A stretch of 64,000 bases of DNA from Heterodontus francisci (GCF_036365525.1 NC_090383.1:86107123-86171122), one strand, 5' to 3'; counted from the first letter of the stretch, positions 1 through 13,233 are shown. The notes: generated by a model not told the origin, from the letters alone. A program made the numbers and translations.

Positions 1-790
1 CCTAAATCTTACTGTTCTCTGAGTAATACTTGTAATATATTCCCTTGTTGGAAAAGATTTTTCATGCTACTTGTACCCCATGTTTGCTGTATTAATGTTA
101 ACAAACAAAGCTTAGTATTATTTCCATGTAAACAACAGCAAGTTACAAAATAATTCTGTGTTTAACAGAACCCATGTGCAGTACTGCATCTTTTGAAAAT
201 GGAAAATTCATTTTTGGAGATTTTTCTATTTTGCCTAGTATCAAGGAAGGAAGAACTTTTTTAATGCCTAAATAAACATGAAAATTCGCAGATGCTGCAA
301 TTTGAATATAACATTAGGATATGCTTGGTCTTACAGATAATTTTGTTTTCAGTTGACTTAAATACAATTTGTTGCAAAAGTGAGACCGTTCTGTTTTCCC
401 ACTGTTGGCTGACCCTGTTACGGATATCGATGAAAAGACTGACATAGCTGAATGAACTCATAATCTTTAGTTTTAAACTAATGTACAGATTGCTCTGAAG
501 CAGAGAGCACACCCACTTCTTTTCCTTTTACTCGTCCTGTTAATACCTTAAATTAACCACATTCTATTGTATTGTGCAATTTTCCTCTCATGAAACCATT
601 TAGCATGTATTTACATTCACTGTAGAAATGTTTATAATACAGGAATCCTTTCGGTATTTGGGAGAATACTTGTAATAAATGAGCTGTTAATATATGTTGA
701 ATTCATGTATAATTGGTACTATGTACTATATGTAAAAAGCTCAAGATTCAAAATAAATGCTTTAGGTGTTGAAAGGTTTGTTCCTCCTTC
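1..790 (+). other. Possible terminal 3'UTR of an upstream plus-strand gene (UBR2 by synteny)
   Basis: AT-rich and repeat-free, with many TGTA motifs and AATAAA at 752-757 followed by a GT/T-rich tract. Identity inferred only from human gene order. Confidence 0.3.
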
Positions 791-1409
791 ATTGTTCCTC
801 CTTCATAATGCATGTCGTGCCAAATAAGTATTTGTCACAAAACATTTTTGATCTTTCCAGAGATCATTTAAGCTATACAGTCGAGACTTTTTAAGATCAT
901 TCAGGTGTGGTTCATTTTCTCTGCTTTTTTAGGCTGGGTGGTGAAGAAAAATCAGGTCAGGGATCCCATTCCTGATCACTAGCCAATGAATCCTGTTTAA
1001 AGTATGCATGTATAGAAATTGAGTGATCATTATTCTTGATTGTGATGCCTCATGTTCAAATGGATGCCCATGACAATTTAAACCAGGTACTGCAGGGATT
1101 GCTTTTGTGGTTTGGTACGGGTTTACACCGACTGCTCCTAGCTCAGCAATTCTTTCAGGGGAGTCACTGAGTAAAGATTGGATTGTTTGCCGCAGGGACA
1201 TTTAGAAAATCAGTTGGCAGGTCATCCTAGTTTCCTCTCCACACGGTTTAGGTTTGCCAACTCTTGTTTGACATAATCCTGGAGGCTTGATCAGGTGGCG
1301 TCTATTTGTATGACATCTGATCACATGACACTTGTCCACCATTTGCAAATGTTATTGTAAAAATTGGATCTTTTGCAGTTGCCTATGCCCGTGGTTTTGT
1401 ACCAGTTGT

Positions 1410-1715
1410 ATTAGGAACAAGGGTAGGCCTAGCTCTAATTTTAAGATTGTTTCCTTGTTCTAGATTTCTTCACCAAAGGAACTAATTTCGTTGCATCTAC
1501 CCTATCAAATCCTTTAATCATTCTAACCCCTCGATGAGCCCACCCCTCAACTTTCTAAACTCAGAAATGCAAGCCAAGTTTATGCAACAGGATCTCACAA
1601 TTTAACCCTTTAAGCCCTGGTAGTATGCTGAAACTGCTGCGTCCTCGACAAGGCAAACATATTTTTCCAGAAGTTTGACACCCAAAACTGAATACAGTGC
1701 TCTAGAATGGCCGCT
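1410..1715 (-). mobile_element. Decayed CR1-like 3' fragment
   Basis: ttctagattt...catctaccctatcaaatcc...ttctaaactc resembles other family A copies. Confidence 0.55.
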
Positions 1716-2289
1716 GAAGAATGAGAACCAGAAGGCTGCCAGCGAGCAGGCAAAGCAAGTGCACATGTTTGAAGCTCTAATGATCTGGGAAAGAGTTATT
1801 GGGAGACATGGAGACAAAGCTCCAGGAGGAAATGTATGTACATCTCTCTGGAATTCCGAAGGAACACGAAAGTTGACATGACCAATCAATATTGATGTAA
1901 TCAGAAGAGAGGAGAGGATGTAATAGAGAATGGGAGGTTGAGGTGAGGCAGAGGCCTTTTTGTTGGATGCATTCAAGGATTGTGTCAGATGTCCCACTGA
2001 GAAATTGGAGGGAGATGAGAAAGAAGTGAGAGGACATGGAATTGTGCCTGAGGGGAGATTTGCATGTGGGGAAGGGGAGAAGCAGCAGAGGCAATTGATT
2101 AGGTTGTTTTAATCTTACTGATTAAGGAATCCATAAACTCTTTGCATTTGTTGGAGGTGAGGCTGGAAGCAGCAGAGGAGAGGGATTAAGGAGACAGTTG
2201 GTAGTGGAGAAGAGAAGTTATCTTTGCTTTCCAGGAAAGTCGTGGAGAAGTGGACAGTTTTCAGAGGTGAGTGAGGCTTGATATGTGTA

Positions 2290-3958
2290 CCTAGTGTATT
2301 GTAGCCAAATTTGTGGATGATACAAAGACAGATAAAGCAAGTTGTGAGGAAGACACAAAGGGCTGAATTTTACCTGCCAATCGACGTTGTGGCGGGGGGA
2401 GCCGCCGTGATCCACGAAGGCCCTGCCGCAGATTACCGCTGGTGGCGAGGCCTCAGTGTAGCCCACCTGCCGCCTGGTGGCGGGGCCTTCATTTAAGTAT
2501 TACAATTAGTTAAAATAACATACAGATGAACCTACCTGGTTCCGGTGGCCGCCACCCGCCGATATTATGGGCGCCGGCCGCAACTCGCACGCTTTCAGAA
2601 CTCCAACTGAGGCAAGACGCTGGTGGGGATGGGGGAGCACTGATATTATCAGGGCGGGGGCTGGGGGAGCAGGAATAACACATCTTATTGGTTGTGGAGA
2701 TGGTGGGAAGGGATTGAAGGGCAAATGTTGAGGTTGGGGGGGAAAGTTCAGGTTGGGAATAAAGTTCCTTTTGATACTGCCCCAAAAACAAACATTGTGG
2801 GGTGGGGTGGAGGGAGGGCCTCCAGTATTTAATTTTTTGGACACAATGCTGGACAATATCACTTTAAATATTAACATTTTTCCTAAGGGCTTGCAAGCCT
2901 TAAAAATGGCACCTGCGTGGTGGTGCCGGACGCCGTTGCCAGGGACGCAGTGGCTGCCCTTGATGAAGTAGAGGGGGCAGCCGTTCTGCCCCGTCCATTA
3001 AATAAGCCCCCGCATGTAATATCGCGGGGGTTTGGACGGTGCATCTGTGCGGGATGCACGCCGCCATCAGAGAGCGATGCCTCAAACTGCGGCGCACTCG
3101 TAAAATTCAGCCCAAAGTGTCTATAAGAGATATAGATCGGTTAAGTGAGTGGGCAAAAATTTGGCAGATGGAATATAATGTGGGAAAATGAGGTTGTCCA
3201 CTTTTGCAGGAAGACTAGAAAAGCTGAATATTATTTACATGGAGAGAGACTACAGAATGCTGCAGTACAGAGGGACCTGGGTATCCTTGTACATGAATCA
3301 CAAAATGTTAGCATGCAGGCACAGCAAGTAATTAGGAAGGCAAATGGAATGTTGGCATTTATTGCAAATGGAATGGAGTATAAAAATAGGGAACTCGGTA
3401 CAACTGTGCAGGACATTGGTGAGACCACAACTAGAGTGCTGCTCTAGTTTTGGCCTCCTTACTTGAGGAGTGATATACTTGCATTGGAAGCAGTTCAGAG
3501 AAGGTTCACTAGGCTGATTCCGAGAATGAAGGGGTTGTCTTGTGAGGAAAAGTTGACCAGGTTGGACCTATATGCATTGGAGTTTAGACGAATGAGAGGT
3601 GATCTTACTGAAACACTAGATTCTGAGAGGGCTTGACAGGTTTGATGCTGAGAAGATGTTCCCCCTCATGGGGAAATCTAGAACTGGGGGCACAGTTTCA
3701 AAATAAGGGGTCTGCCTTTTAAGACCGAGATTGGGAGGAATTTCTTTGAGGGTCATTAATCTTTGGAATTTTCTTCTCCAGAGAGCAGTGGAGGCTGGAT
3801 CATTGAATTTCTTCAAGGCTGAGTTAGACATCAAGGAATATGGGGGCTGGCAGGAAAGTGTAGTTAAGGCTATAATCAGATCAACCATGATCTCATTGGA
3901 GGAACAGGCTCGAAGAGCAGAATGGCCTACTCCTGCTCCCATTTCATATGATCTTAAC
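2290..3958 (+). mobile_element. CR1-like LINE family A 3' fragment, split by the MITE at 2360-3113
   Basis: KFVDDTK before the MITE; QRDLGILVHES and RKANGMLAFI after it; typical 3' tail. Confidence 0.85.
2360..3113. mobile_element. GC-rich non-autonomous DNA transposon (PIF/Harbinger-like MITE)
   Basis: Perfect 14-bp TIRs GGGCTGAATTTTAC / GTAAAATTCAGCCC with 3-bp AAA flanks. It splits a CR1 RT fragment. Confidence 0.8.
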
Positions 3959-4845
3959 ATGTGATCTGCCAGATCTGTTGATGGATGGCGGAATCAGTTG
4001 TACATCACATACAATCTAGTATGCACCTCTTGGACTTGAGGGAGCAACAATGTGGGGTTTACTGGGGAACAAACAGAATGGAACAAAGTAAAAGGTTTAC
4101 TGCAGTTAAGGGCATTAAAGGTGGTGGTGAGGGAGTGAGTTATAATTAATGGCTTTTGTGGTTCCATAAGGAGGGAAGGAATTAAAGTACATTTGTTTAA
4201 TGGCGAAGAAGCATTAGAAACTTTCTGGGTTTCTGGAACCCAGCATTGAGGGAAATGAATGTATTTAATACCCAAAGTTACTTTAGGGAAATAGTTTAGC
4301 TCTTTTGGAATGAAGTAATTTTATGGTTAAATCTACTCTTCCTTAAGTTAAACTGTTGGATTCATTCAAATGAAGGAGAGTCTGAAATTGCCAACAAAAT
4401 ATTCTGTGTATGCTGTTGAGTAACTATTTCTTCAAATATATTTTGTGATTGGAATCTCTCAATTGTGGGGCTATTTATTATGTTTCTTAAGAATGGGAAG
4501 TTCATTCCTAAATAGTTTGGTGTTCAGTTTAAAGAATCTTTCTCTAAGTTTCACACATATAGGCTGAGATGAATAAATTGAAACTAAACCTTGTTTGTAC
4601 TTTCTCAAATTTTTCCCCAGCTCCACACCTATTTTATATTCCTTTGCTTGCATCTGAAGGTGATGACTCCTGCTGAGGCATATTTCCATTGATTATGGGC
4701 ATTGTTGATTTTGGGAGGCATAGGAATGGAGCCTGATTGTGTCCTCAGCTGACAGCCATGCTGGATAGCTATCAAGAGCTGGAATGTTGGCTCCCATTTC
4801 CCCTTTGCATTACGGGGACACTGAAGCCAAATAGAGAACATTTGG

Positions 4846-4932
4846 AAAGTTAACAGACCTGAAACATTAACTTTGTTTTCTCTCTATGCATGCTGCCTGA
4901 CCTGAGTATTTCCAGCATTTTCTGTTTGTATT
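4846..4932 (+). mobile_element. Penelope-end fragment
   Basis: gacctgaaacattaact...atgctgcctgacctgagtatttccagcattttctg resembles 27019-27100. Confidence 0.6.
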
Positions 4933-5229
4933 TTTATGAAAGAACACATACATTTGCAAAAATAATTTAGCACAGAACCTTGAATAAGCTTGACTTTTCT
5001 GATGGTGTGTACATTTAACTGCTGGGTCATTGAGAGAACCTTGGATTTACCCTCCAAAGCAGCTCCCCCAAATTGCCAGAGCACTTTTTTTTAAAGTAGC
5101 ATTTAATCAGCGAAACAATTTTTAAATTACTTTTAAAGAAAATTCTAAGTAACTTTTTTTTAGAAAAATGATGATGTGGTGCTGAGACATTTCTGTTATG
5201 TGGCCTATGAAAAAATTCTTAGATTATAG

Positions 5230-5660
5230 CAAGCTTTATTCACAGGAGAGGAAGAGGCCATTTGGCACATCCTGCCTGTGCCAGTTCTTTGAAAGTGACA
5301 TCCAGTTGGTCTACTCACCTGCTCTTTACCCATTGCGCTGCAAGATTTTCTTTAAGTATATATCAAATTGCCTTTTGAAAATTACTGCTTTCTCTACCCT
5401 TTAAGGCAGTGCATTCCAGATCATGACTGCGTAAAAAAAATTCTCTTCATCCCTCCTCTGGTTCTTTTGCGAATTATCGTAAATCAGTGTCCTCTGGTTA
5501 CCTTCCCACAAGTAGAAACAGAGTAAATAAGGAGAAACTATCAAAAATCCCTCATAATTTTGAACACCTCTATTAGGTCTCTCCCCTTGACCATCCCTGC
5601 TCTAAGGAGAATAACCTTAGCATCTCTAGTTGCTCCACATAACTGAAGTCCCTTGTCCTT
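5230..5660 (-). mobile_element. Decayed CR1-like 3' fragment
   Basis: gaggccatttgg...ggcagtgcattccagatc...ctgctctaaggagaa. Confidence 0.6.
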
Positions 5661-7149
5661 TACTGGCCCAGATCTGTCAAACTGTCAAGGAGTGAGCTTA
5701 CTGTATTTCTATAATGCCTGTATAGCTTGCAGCTGCAATTTGTAATATCCTGAAATTTAAGATGATTATCTTATTAGCTTTTAATCCTATTTACCCCACC
5801 TTGAAGTAACATTCGAGGGCATCAGAACTCAGGTACAGAAAGTATATGAAAATTCCGTGGCATTAATAAAATGTTTTATTTTTGTGGACTGCTAATTACA
5901 GTTTATAATTAGCATAGGTTGTATTTTGTCACTAATAAAGGCATCTTTTATGTCAAAATTTTATCAGCAGTTTTTACAAAATTTCACCCTCCATCCTGGG
6001 GATTCACTTTCACTCGTATTTAATTGCATTATAAAATCCATGTTTTGTGTATTTGGAGGTATTGACCTTGTCCTTTCCAAATACTTTTCTCAGTTAGATA
6101 CATAAACTTGCACTATAGACTGTAAGGCACTACAAATTTATCCACTTTGGTGTTAAGTACTTGAACAGTCTCTCCAATGTATAAAATACATGGTGTGTGT
6201 CACTGAGTTACTTATACTACAACAGTTATAGTTTTGATTCCTGGGCTGCACTGAGTTAGTTGCTCAACTGCAGTAGGATGAGAATGCTGCAACTACCCTC
6301 ATTTTTTGTGCTACAAAGCAAAAACTAATTGGGCCGTTCTCACATGATCTTTCTCTATTCACCTCTGCTGAAAATACATGTGGATGCCAGTCAAGATAGG
6401 GTAAGGTTTTGCTGTGATTGTGCCAAAGATTGAATAACCTCCTAACACTCAGGATCAAGTTCACACCACAAAAATGCCATTCAGACAAAGTTTAGCAGGG
6501 CTATTGCTCCCATGGAGTTCCTTAGCATAAGTTCTCTTAAGTAGAGATAAAATTGAAGTAGTATTATTAGAAAAGCAACTTAGAGGAGAAAAGCTTTAGG
6601 GACTTGCATAGCTTCCTCATTCAGCCTTTTTGTTTTCATAGGTGCTCCTTTTGTGAGATGAAATAACCACAGTAGTTATTGTTAAAATCGTAATATATCT
6701 TCTATTCATTCTCTGGCTAGTATTTTCACAACAGAGATACAGAAAAGTGGAAAAGAAAGCTGTTGTTTAAAGATTAGTGGCTTTTTGTTGAGTTAAGCTG
6801 ATCCATGAAGGATATTGAATGGATATCAGTGTTCTATTGACTATTATTGACTCAAAGGATTGGCCATGGACAAAAGGACCAACTATGAAGAGGTCCTTTT
6901 TAATCTCGCAAAGACTGCACAATTCCATCTCAGGCTGTGGTATACATGAAAAAAATGTTATTTCAGTAACTGTTAAAATTGTTCCTTTATTTTACAAGAA
7001 AAATTTATTATGGAACTCCCAATTTGTCGAGCGAAAGTTGCAGAGGCAGATCACATTGTTTTAGTCTCCCACTGAATGGATTACAGCATGTGTTAATTTC
7101 CCCTTTGTTAATGGAAACCTATTAGTTTGTTGCCTTTGTATTGTCATGG

Positions 7150-7975
7150 AACCATAGAAAAGTTACAGCACAGAAAGAGGCCATTCAGCCTATCGTGGCT
7201 GCACCGGCTGAAAAAACTAACCCCACAATCTAATCCCACCTTCCAGCACCTGGTCTGTAGCCTTGCAGGTTACAGCACTTCAGGTGCAGGTCCAGCTATC
7301 TTTTAAATGAGTTGAAGGTTTCTGCCTCCACCACCGTTCCTGGCAGTGAATTCCAGACACCCACCACCCTCTGGGTGACAAAGTTTTTCCTTATGTCCCC
7401 TTTTATCCTTCTACCAATCACTTTAAATCTGTGCCCCCTGGTAATTGATCTCTACGCTAGGGGAAACGTGTCCTTCCTGTCTATTCTATCTAGGACCCTC
7501 AAACTTTTTTACACCTTAATTAAGTCACCCCTCAGCCTTCTCTGTTGAAAGGAAAACAACCCTAGCCTATCCAATCTTTCCTCATGGCTGCAGTTTTCAA
7601 GTCCTGGCAACATTCTTGTAAATCTCTTCTGTACTCTCTCTCCAGAGCAATTATGTCCTTCCTGTAATGTGGTGACCAGAACTGTACACAATAATCCAGT
7701 TGTGGCCTAACCAGTGTTTTATACAGTTCCAGCATTACATCCCTGCTTTCGTATTCTATACCACGGCCAATAAAGGAAAGCATTCCATATGCCTTCTTCA
7801 CTTTATCTACCTGTCCTGCCACCTTCAAGGACCTGTGGACATGCGCTCCAAGGCCTCTCACTTCCTCTGCCCCTCTCAATATCCTCCCATTTATTGTGTA
7901 TCCCTTGCTTTGTTTACCCTCCCCAAATGCATTACCTCATACTTCTCCAGATTGAATTCTATTTGCCACTTGTCA
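7150..7975 (-). mobile_element. CR1-like LINE 3' fragment
   Basis: LELYKTLVRPQLDYCVQFWSPHYRKD and RVQKRFTRMLPGL...RRLRGDLI. Tail resembles the HE1 SINE tail. Confidence 0.9.
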
Positions 7976-9047
7976 TGAATAAGCCTGGCTGATAAACCAT
8001 TCACGAGTTATTGCTGGACCTCCATATGGAAGTAAAAACATACAAAAACAATCAGTGATCTGTTTATAGCATTCTTGGGTGTTTCCATCCACTCCTCCTC
8101 ACCCCACACACTCTCTTTTTGTTGGTGTTTAATGATACTTCACTGCTCTACAGTAATATAAAAATATTTATCAAATTTGGGCCACCATAAATGTTAACAG
8201 CTCTTTTTAAAGAAAACACTAACGCCATTAAAAACATCCATTTTTTTTTTGTTGACAAAATACTATTTAGAAAAATTGATTTGACAACCAACTGTGACTG
8301 CTGTTAAGTGCAGATTATTTTAGGCAATGAAAAGAAGTGAATGTTCAAAAACTGAGTGTTTTGCAGCTTGCAAAATATGTGCATTATTTTCAGTTGTGGC
8401 ATTTTTAAATTAATTACATATGCAAAATCCAGAGGTAGTATTAATTAATCTATTCTTTGTTCTCAATATATTTTCTGAATTTCTCAAATGTTATTTTCTT
8501 ATGGTTCTGCCTCCATTTTAGAGCAGAAAGTATGCCTTAGTTCTCAGTTAGACTTGACCTGAGAGAGTTGATGTTCAGCCTGGGCCAAATTGGGAAAACC
8601 CATGCAATATCATTACAACTTAAATCTCTGCTACTGAAGCTAGCTGCCTATTTAATATTCATGGGAGGGCCTCTCAACATTTAACTCATTCTACCTATTT
8701 AATCTAAAATTTATTTACTAGACTATTGATATGTAGGCCAAGTTTGTTCATGTACTCGCAATCACTGCATTAAAAAAATAAAACGTGTTAAGCATTTTTG
8801 AGACGTTTTGACAATGTGATCAGATGCTACATTAATAGAAGTCTTTATCTTCAAATTAGGTGCCAATGTTCAAATACAAGCTTGCAACTATCTTGTTTTC
8901 CAGTCACACTCCCTTATTCAAAGATACCTATCTATCCTTGCTGTAAAATTAGCAGCACATACTGAACCCCCTCATGTAATGTCATGGGAAAGCATTTATG
9001 CAACAAAAAATGTAATGAAAATTAGCCATTTACTTAAAGTGCTGAGA

Positions 9048-9388
9048 GTTTAGTTTAGTTTAGAGATACAGCACTGAAACAGGCCCTTCGGCCCACCGAG
9101 TCTGTGCCGACCATCAATCTCCCATTTATACTAATCCTACACTAATCCTATCACATCCCCACCTGTCCCTATATATTTCCCTACCACCTACCTATACTAG
9201 GGGCAATTTATAATGGCCAATTAACCTATCAACCTGCAAGTCTTTGGCATGTGGGAGGAAACCGGAGCACCCGGAGGAAACCCACGCAGACACAGGGAGA
9301 ACTTGCAAACTCCGCACAGGCAGTACCCAGAATCGAACCCAGGTCCCTGGAGCTGTGAGGCTTTGGTGCTAACCACTGCACCACTGTG
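9048..9388 (-). mobile_element. HE1-like tRNA-derived V-SINE
   Basis: tRNA-like head with A/B boxes, V-domain core TGTGTGGAGTTTGCA...GGGTGCTCCGGTTTCCTCCCACA, CR1-like tail, (CTAAA)n. Confidence 0.85.
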
Positions 9389-9792
9389 AAGAGCCAGGAA
9401 CAAGCCTCTCTCCTGAAAGCTTAATTTCATCTAACTTATTAGAACAGCTCCTCTTTATAGATCTTGAGTGCAAGTCTTTCACAAAATGTTAATTTATAGT
9501 ATGTGCAGACATCAAGAAATGTTCGGGAAGTAATTTCCAAATCAAGAGTAGTTATTATTTGTGTATGTTTATTTTTTCTGAAAAGGATTGTGTTTTAACA
9601 CTGAACTTTTCAACCCCTCAAAATATGTCACTGCTTCCAAATTAAATAAAATACAACACTTTGTTCATTTAATTTGAATATCCAGTCAGGATTCAACATC
9701 CTGAAACATAAACTCTGAAAAGCATAAAAATACTAAAACTTTTGACTCACATCCAGGAAATCTAAGATAAATGTTTGTAGCTGGCATCAATT

Positions 9793-10145
9793 ACAGTGGC
9801 GCAGTGGTTAGCACTACAGCCTCACAGCTCCAGTGACCCGGGTTCGATTCTGGGTACTGCCTGTGTGGAGTTTGCAAGTTCTCCCTGTGACCGCGTGGGT
9901 TTTCGCCGGGTGCTCCGGTTTCCTCCCACAGCCAAAGACTTGCAAGTTGATAGGTTAATTGGCCATTATAAATTGCCCCTAGTATAGGTAGGTGGTAGGG
10001 GGATATAGGGAAGGTGGGGATGTGGTAGGAATATGGGATTAGTGTAGGATTAGTATAAATGGGTGGTTGATGGTGGGCACAGACTCGGTGGGCCGAAGGG
10101 TCTGTTTCAGTGCTGTATCTCTAAATAAATAAAAATAAATAAAAA
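9793..10145 (+). mobile_element. HE1-like V-SINE
   Basis: Same family, (TAAA)n tail. Confidence 0.85.
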
Positions 10146-10318
10146 CCTTTGCACTGGGGCCTCACCATAAGAATGGGGTTCCTTGCTTTAGAAGGAACAT
10201 CTGAAGAGCTGAGAAGGAGCATTTACAGTGGTCAATCTGTGCCTATTGCTAGATCGATTGAGGGGTAACGTCAATTGTAATTATAAAAATATTCATGTCC
10301 TGTACTGTCCTAATATTT

Positions 10319-10833
10319 TAATTGAAGCAATGTCCATCCATCACTAAGATTGAGTACTTTCCTCTGCTGAAACCCTTATCCATACTTCTGTTACCTTACA
10401 GCTCAACTTCACCATCTCATCGCTATACTAACTCTAACTTGTGAAAAATTCTAATGCCCACACTAAGTTCTGCTTGTCTATCACTGCTGTCCTCCAACTT
10501 CCAATGGCTTCCTGTTTCCCAATGCACTGAATTCAACATCCTAGTGTGGTTTTACCAATGTCTTTATGGCCTTGCCCCACATTACTTCTACAACATCTTA
10601 AACTAAGCATACTAGAATTTCAAATTCAGTACATCAGGAAACAATTGGAAATTGGAGATAGTTGGGCACAACTTAGTGTGGGCAGCAGAGTTTTGCACAA
10701 GTTAGAGTTTGTGTAGCGATTAGTTTTGCACGCTGGTGAATAAAGTTAAGCTTTAAGGTAACAGAGGTATGGATAAGTGTTTTAGCAGGAGAAAGTATTC
10801 AATCTTAGTGATGGATGGACATATCCTGAATTA
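10319..10833. repeat. Old inverted duplication (arms about 10319-10520 and 10635-10833)
   Basis: tgtccatccatcactaagattga / tcaatcttagtgatggatggaca and further collinear blocks. Confidence 0.8.
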
Positions 10834-11130
10834 GAAGATTGGGAGCCTTTAACTATGGCTTGCTGTGTATCCTCTCTCTCCTTCTAACACCTCTCACTTG
10901 GTGGTAGAGCTTCCAGACATCCAAGTGCCCAACTCAAACTCGCTCACTAAACCTCTTTTCCTTGAACGTTTGGTCAGAATGCATCTTTTTTACTGTGCTG
11001 ATTCTTCCATTCACTGTTCCATCTGTTTCTTTGTGAAGTGTCTTGAGATGTTTCATTTCTCTTCAGGATATTCTGCTAGTGCAAGTGGCTGTTGCTAGTT
11101 TAGGATGGAGTTGTGGGAAAAATTTACAAC

Positions 11131-11550
11131 AGTAGGATAATGGTTATGTTACTGGACTAGTAAATCAGTGGCCTGGACTAATGATTCGGAGACATGAGTA
11201 CAAATCCCACCATGGCAGCTAAGGAATTTAAAATCATTTAATTAAAGTCTGTAATTAAAAGCTAGTAACAATGATGGTGTCCATGTAACTGCCAATTGTC
11301 ATTAAAAACTCCTCTGGTACATCTGATGTCCTTCAGGGAAGGAAATCTGCTTTCTTTACTTGGTCTGGCCTATATGTGACTCCAGACCCACAGCAATGTG
11401 GTTGAACCTTGGATGCCCTCTGAAATAGCCTAGCAAGCCATTCAGTTGTCAATAGGTAGCTCAACACCATCCTCTCGAATGCAATTATGGATGCAGCAAT
11501 AAATGCTAGTGTTGCCAGTCATACCCATATCCCAAGAATGAATTTTTTTT
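11131..11550 (+). mobile_element. tRNA-derived SINE, family 2
   Basis: tRNA-like head, core gtccttcagggaaggaaatctgc...gtgactccagacccacagcaatgtggttga, tail shared with LINE family B. Confidence 0.75.
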
Positions 11551-12061
11551 GAAGTAAAAGGAAGAATAGGAGAGACTTGGTGTTTTTAATCATTCTCGAC
11601 AATTTTCTGCGGACTATTTTGAGAGAATAGAATATGGCAGTATCTGGGACAATGATTAGCCTTTCTTTTTTCTCATATTTACCTCTCATTTCTGTGTGTA
11701 TTTAGATGTCATGATAAATTAGTTGTCTCTCCTTTGAAAAGAATTACCAAAGTTGATCCTATAAACTGGTGTTAAGCATACTTAGGACTTTTATCCTTGA
11801 AGCTGCTGTGGACAGTTGCCTGTCAAACTGCTAACACAGAAACATTTCAAATAATCACAAAGGGCTTTGCTTTACGAGCCTTCCTTTGAAACTGTTCCAA
11901 ATTCCATTACATCTTCAAAAAGATTTCAGACTGTTTGAATTGAACTACTACACAGAAATGTTTCAGCTAGTATCTTGTAGGCAATTTAAATACATTTAGA
12001 GTTTATCCTAAATACAACTAAAATTTTGGCAGCAACAGCAAAACTATTTATAAAAATAACA

Positions 12062-12067
12062 TTTAAT
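12062..12067 (-). terminator. Candidate PRPH2 polyadenylation signal (ATTAAA)
   Basis: TTTAAT on the plus strand, with TGTA upstream (12121) and a U/GU-rich tract downstream on the minus strand. An alternative AATAAA lies at 12432-12437. Confidence 0.35.
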
Positions 12068-12946
12068 GAACAAAGCATACCAAGGTTTAGTTTCAATTGG
12101 ATGTGAATACAAGTAATTGCTGTACAAAATCATGAAAAATTACTCTGCTTATACACGTATTTGTCGTATAGTCAATTTGTTTTTTTAACTGCATCTCCTA
12201 TCCAACTGAATAGCTGAAAACAAATGTTGATAAGACTTAACTACAGGTCAGGCAGGGATTTCCTCTTATTCATGAAGTTAATTTCAGAAAATATTGGGAA
12301 ACACCATATTGACCATGTTTAAATCATATGTTTTCTGAAATCTGAGCCAACCTTCTTCATAGATTTCCCATCCATGTTGTTTGCTTTGAATAGAGAATAT
12401 TTTAGTTATATCTATAAGTTGTTTTTTCACATTTATTGGATTTTGTTTTGGATTTCTAAGGTAAAGTTATTAAAATACATAATCTTAATGGACAATCTTC
12501 ACTTAATGAAAAAATGTCCTTCTTTCTTGGAAGATGCTTTTAATATTGAACCCTATTTTGTAACAGCATATATACTATATAACTTCACATAGCATTTGAG
12601 CTACATTAAAGATGGCAGGAGTATTTTAAATAAGTACCATTGTTACAAATCCTCATTTCCAGATTCAGACACAATACACTGGTTATATTTACCACTTTAT
12701 ATTGTACAAAGCATGGAAGAAGACTCCTGCTAACTGCATAGTACATAAATAGAATTAATTTAACATAATTTAAGTTGACAATCCAGGTGTAAATAGATGG
12801 GTTACACAAATACAAAATACAGGAGAATAAAATCCTTATTAGCGTACATGCTTTATATATTATACAATAAAGGGAATTATTTATCTTTTGTATTCCATTT
12901 TCATTTCCTTCCGAGTCCAAATTGCTTTTTCTCCCTCCCTTCCCGT

Positions 12947-12981
12947 TCCCCCCCCCTCCCCCCCCCCCCCCACCCACCCCT
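12947..12981. repeat. C-run (G-run in the PRPH2 3'UTR)
   Basis: Nearly pure C tract about 20-55 nt downstream of the PRPH2 stop codon. Confidence 0.85.
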
Positions 12982-13002
12982 CCAAGTTGTTTCTCAGTCT
13001 CT

Positions 13003-13233
13003 TCAGCTGACTGTGGTGACAGTCGCAGTTGTGCCCTCTTCCTTTTTCCCCTCTTCAGCAGTAGCTACCTGATTGAACTTACCCAGCTCTTTAATGCTTT
13101 CCAGCAGAGATTTAAATGTTTCCTTCAGGCCTTTCTCCATTAACCAACCCTCACTCTCACACTCTGGATCCTCAGGGTTTGCAATGCTATCCAGGGCTGT
13201 GTGCAAATATTGGACCCCAACCATCACAGCCAC
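13003..13233 (-). CDS. PRPH2: Peripherin-2 exon 3 coding part (231 nt incl. TGA)
   Basis: Acceptor ttttag|GTG at 13234/13233. Reads VAVMVGVQYLHTALDSIANPEDPECESEGWLMEKGLKETFKSLLESIKELGKFNQV...TVS*. Total CDS is 1059 nt = 352 aa plus stop. Confidence 0.96.
   Translation of the reverse strand: MAVMVGVQYLHTALDSIANPEDPECESEGWLMEKGLKETFKSLLESIKELGKFNQVATAEEGKKEEGTTATVTTVS

Noticed and set aside
778-806. 14-bp tandem duplication ttgttcctccttca x2 (similar short repeat at about 35064-35096)
   Set aside because: Ordinary slippage duplication with no further structure.
2380-3100. CpG-island-like segment as a promoter (also 22.3-23.0 kb and 58.5-59.3 kb)
   Set aside because: Bounded by TIRs and repeated; it is transposon interior.
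9221-9987. Recurrent small ORFs (MWEETGAPGENP..., GAVVSTAASQLQ...) suggesting a peptide family
   Set aside because: They are translations of HE1-like SINE copies.
12606-13143. Poly-Gly and poly-Pro ORFs
   Set aside because: Produced by the C/G homopolymer in the PRPH2 3'UTR.
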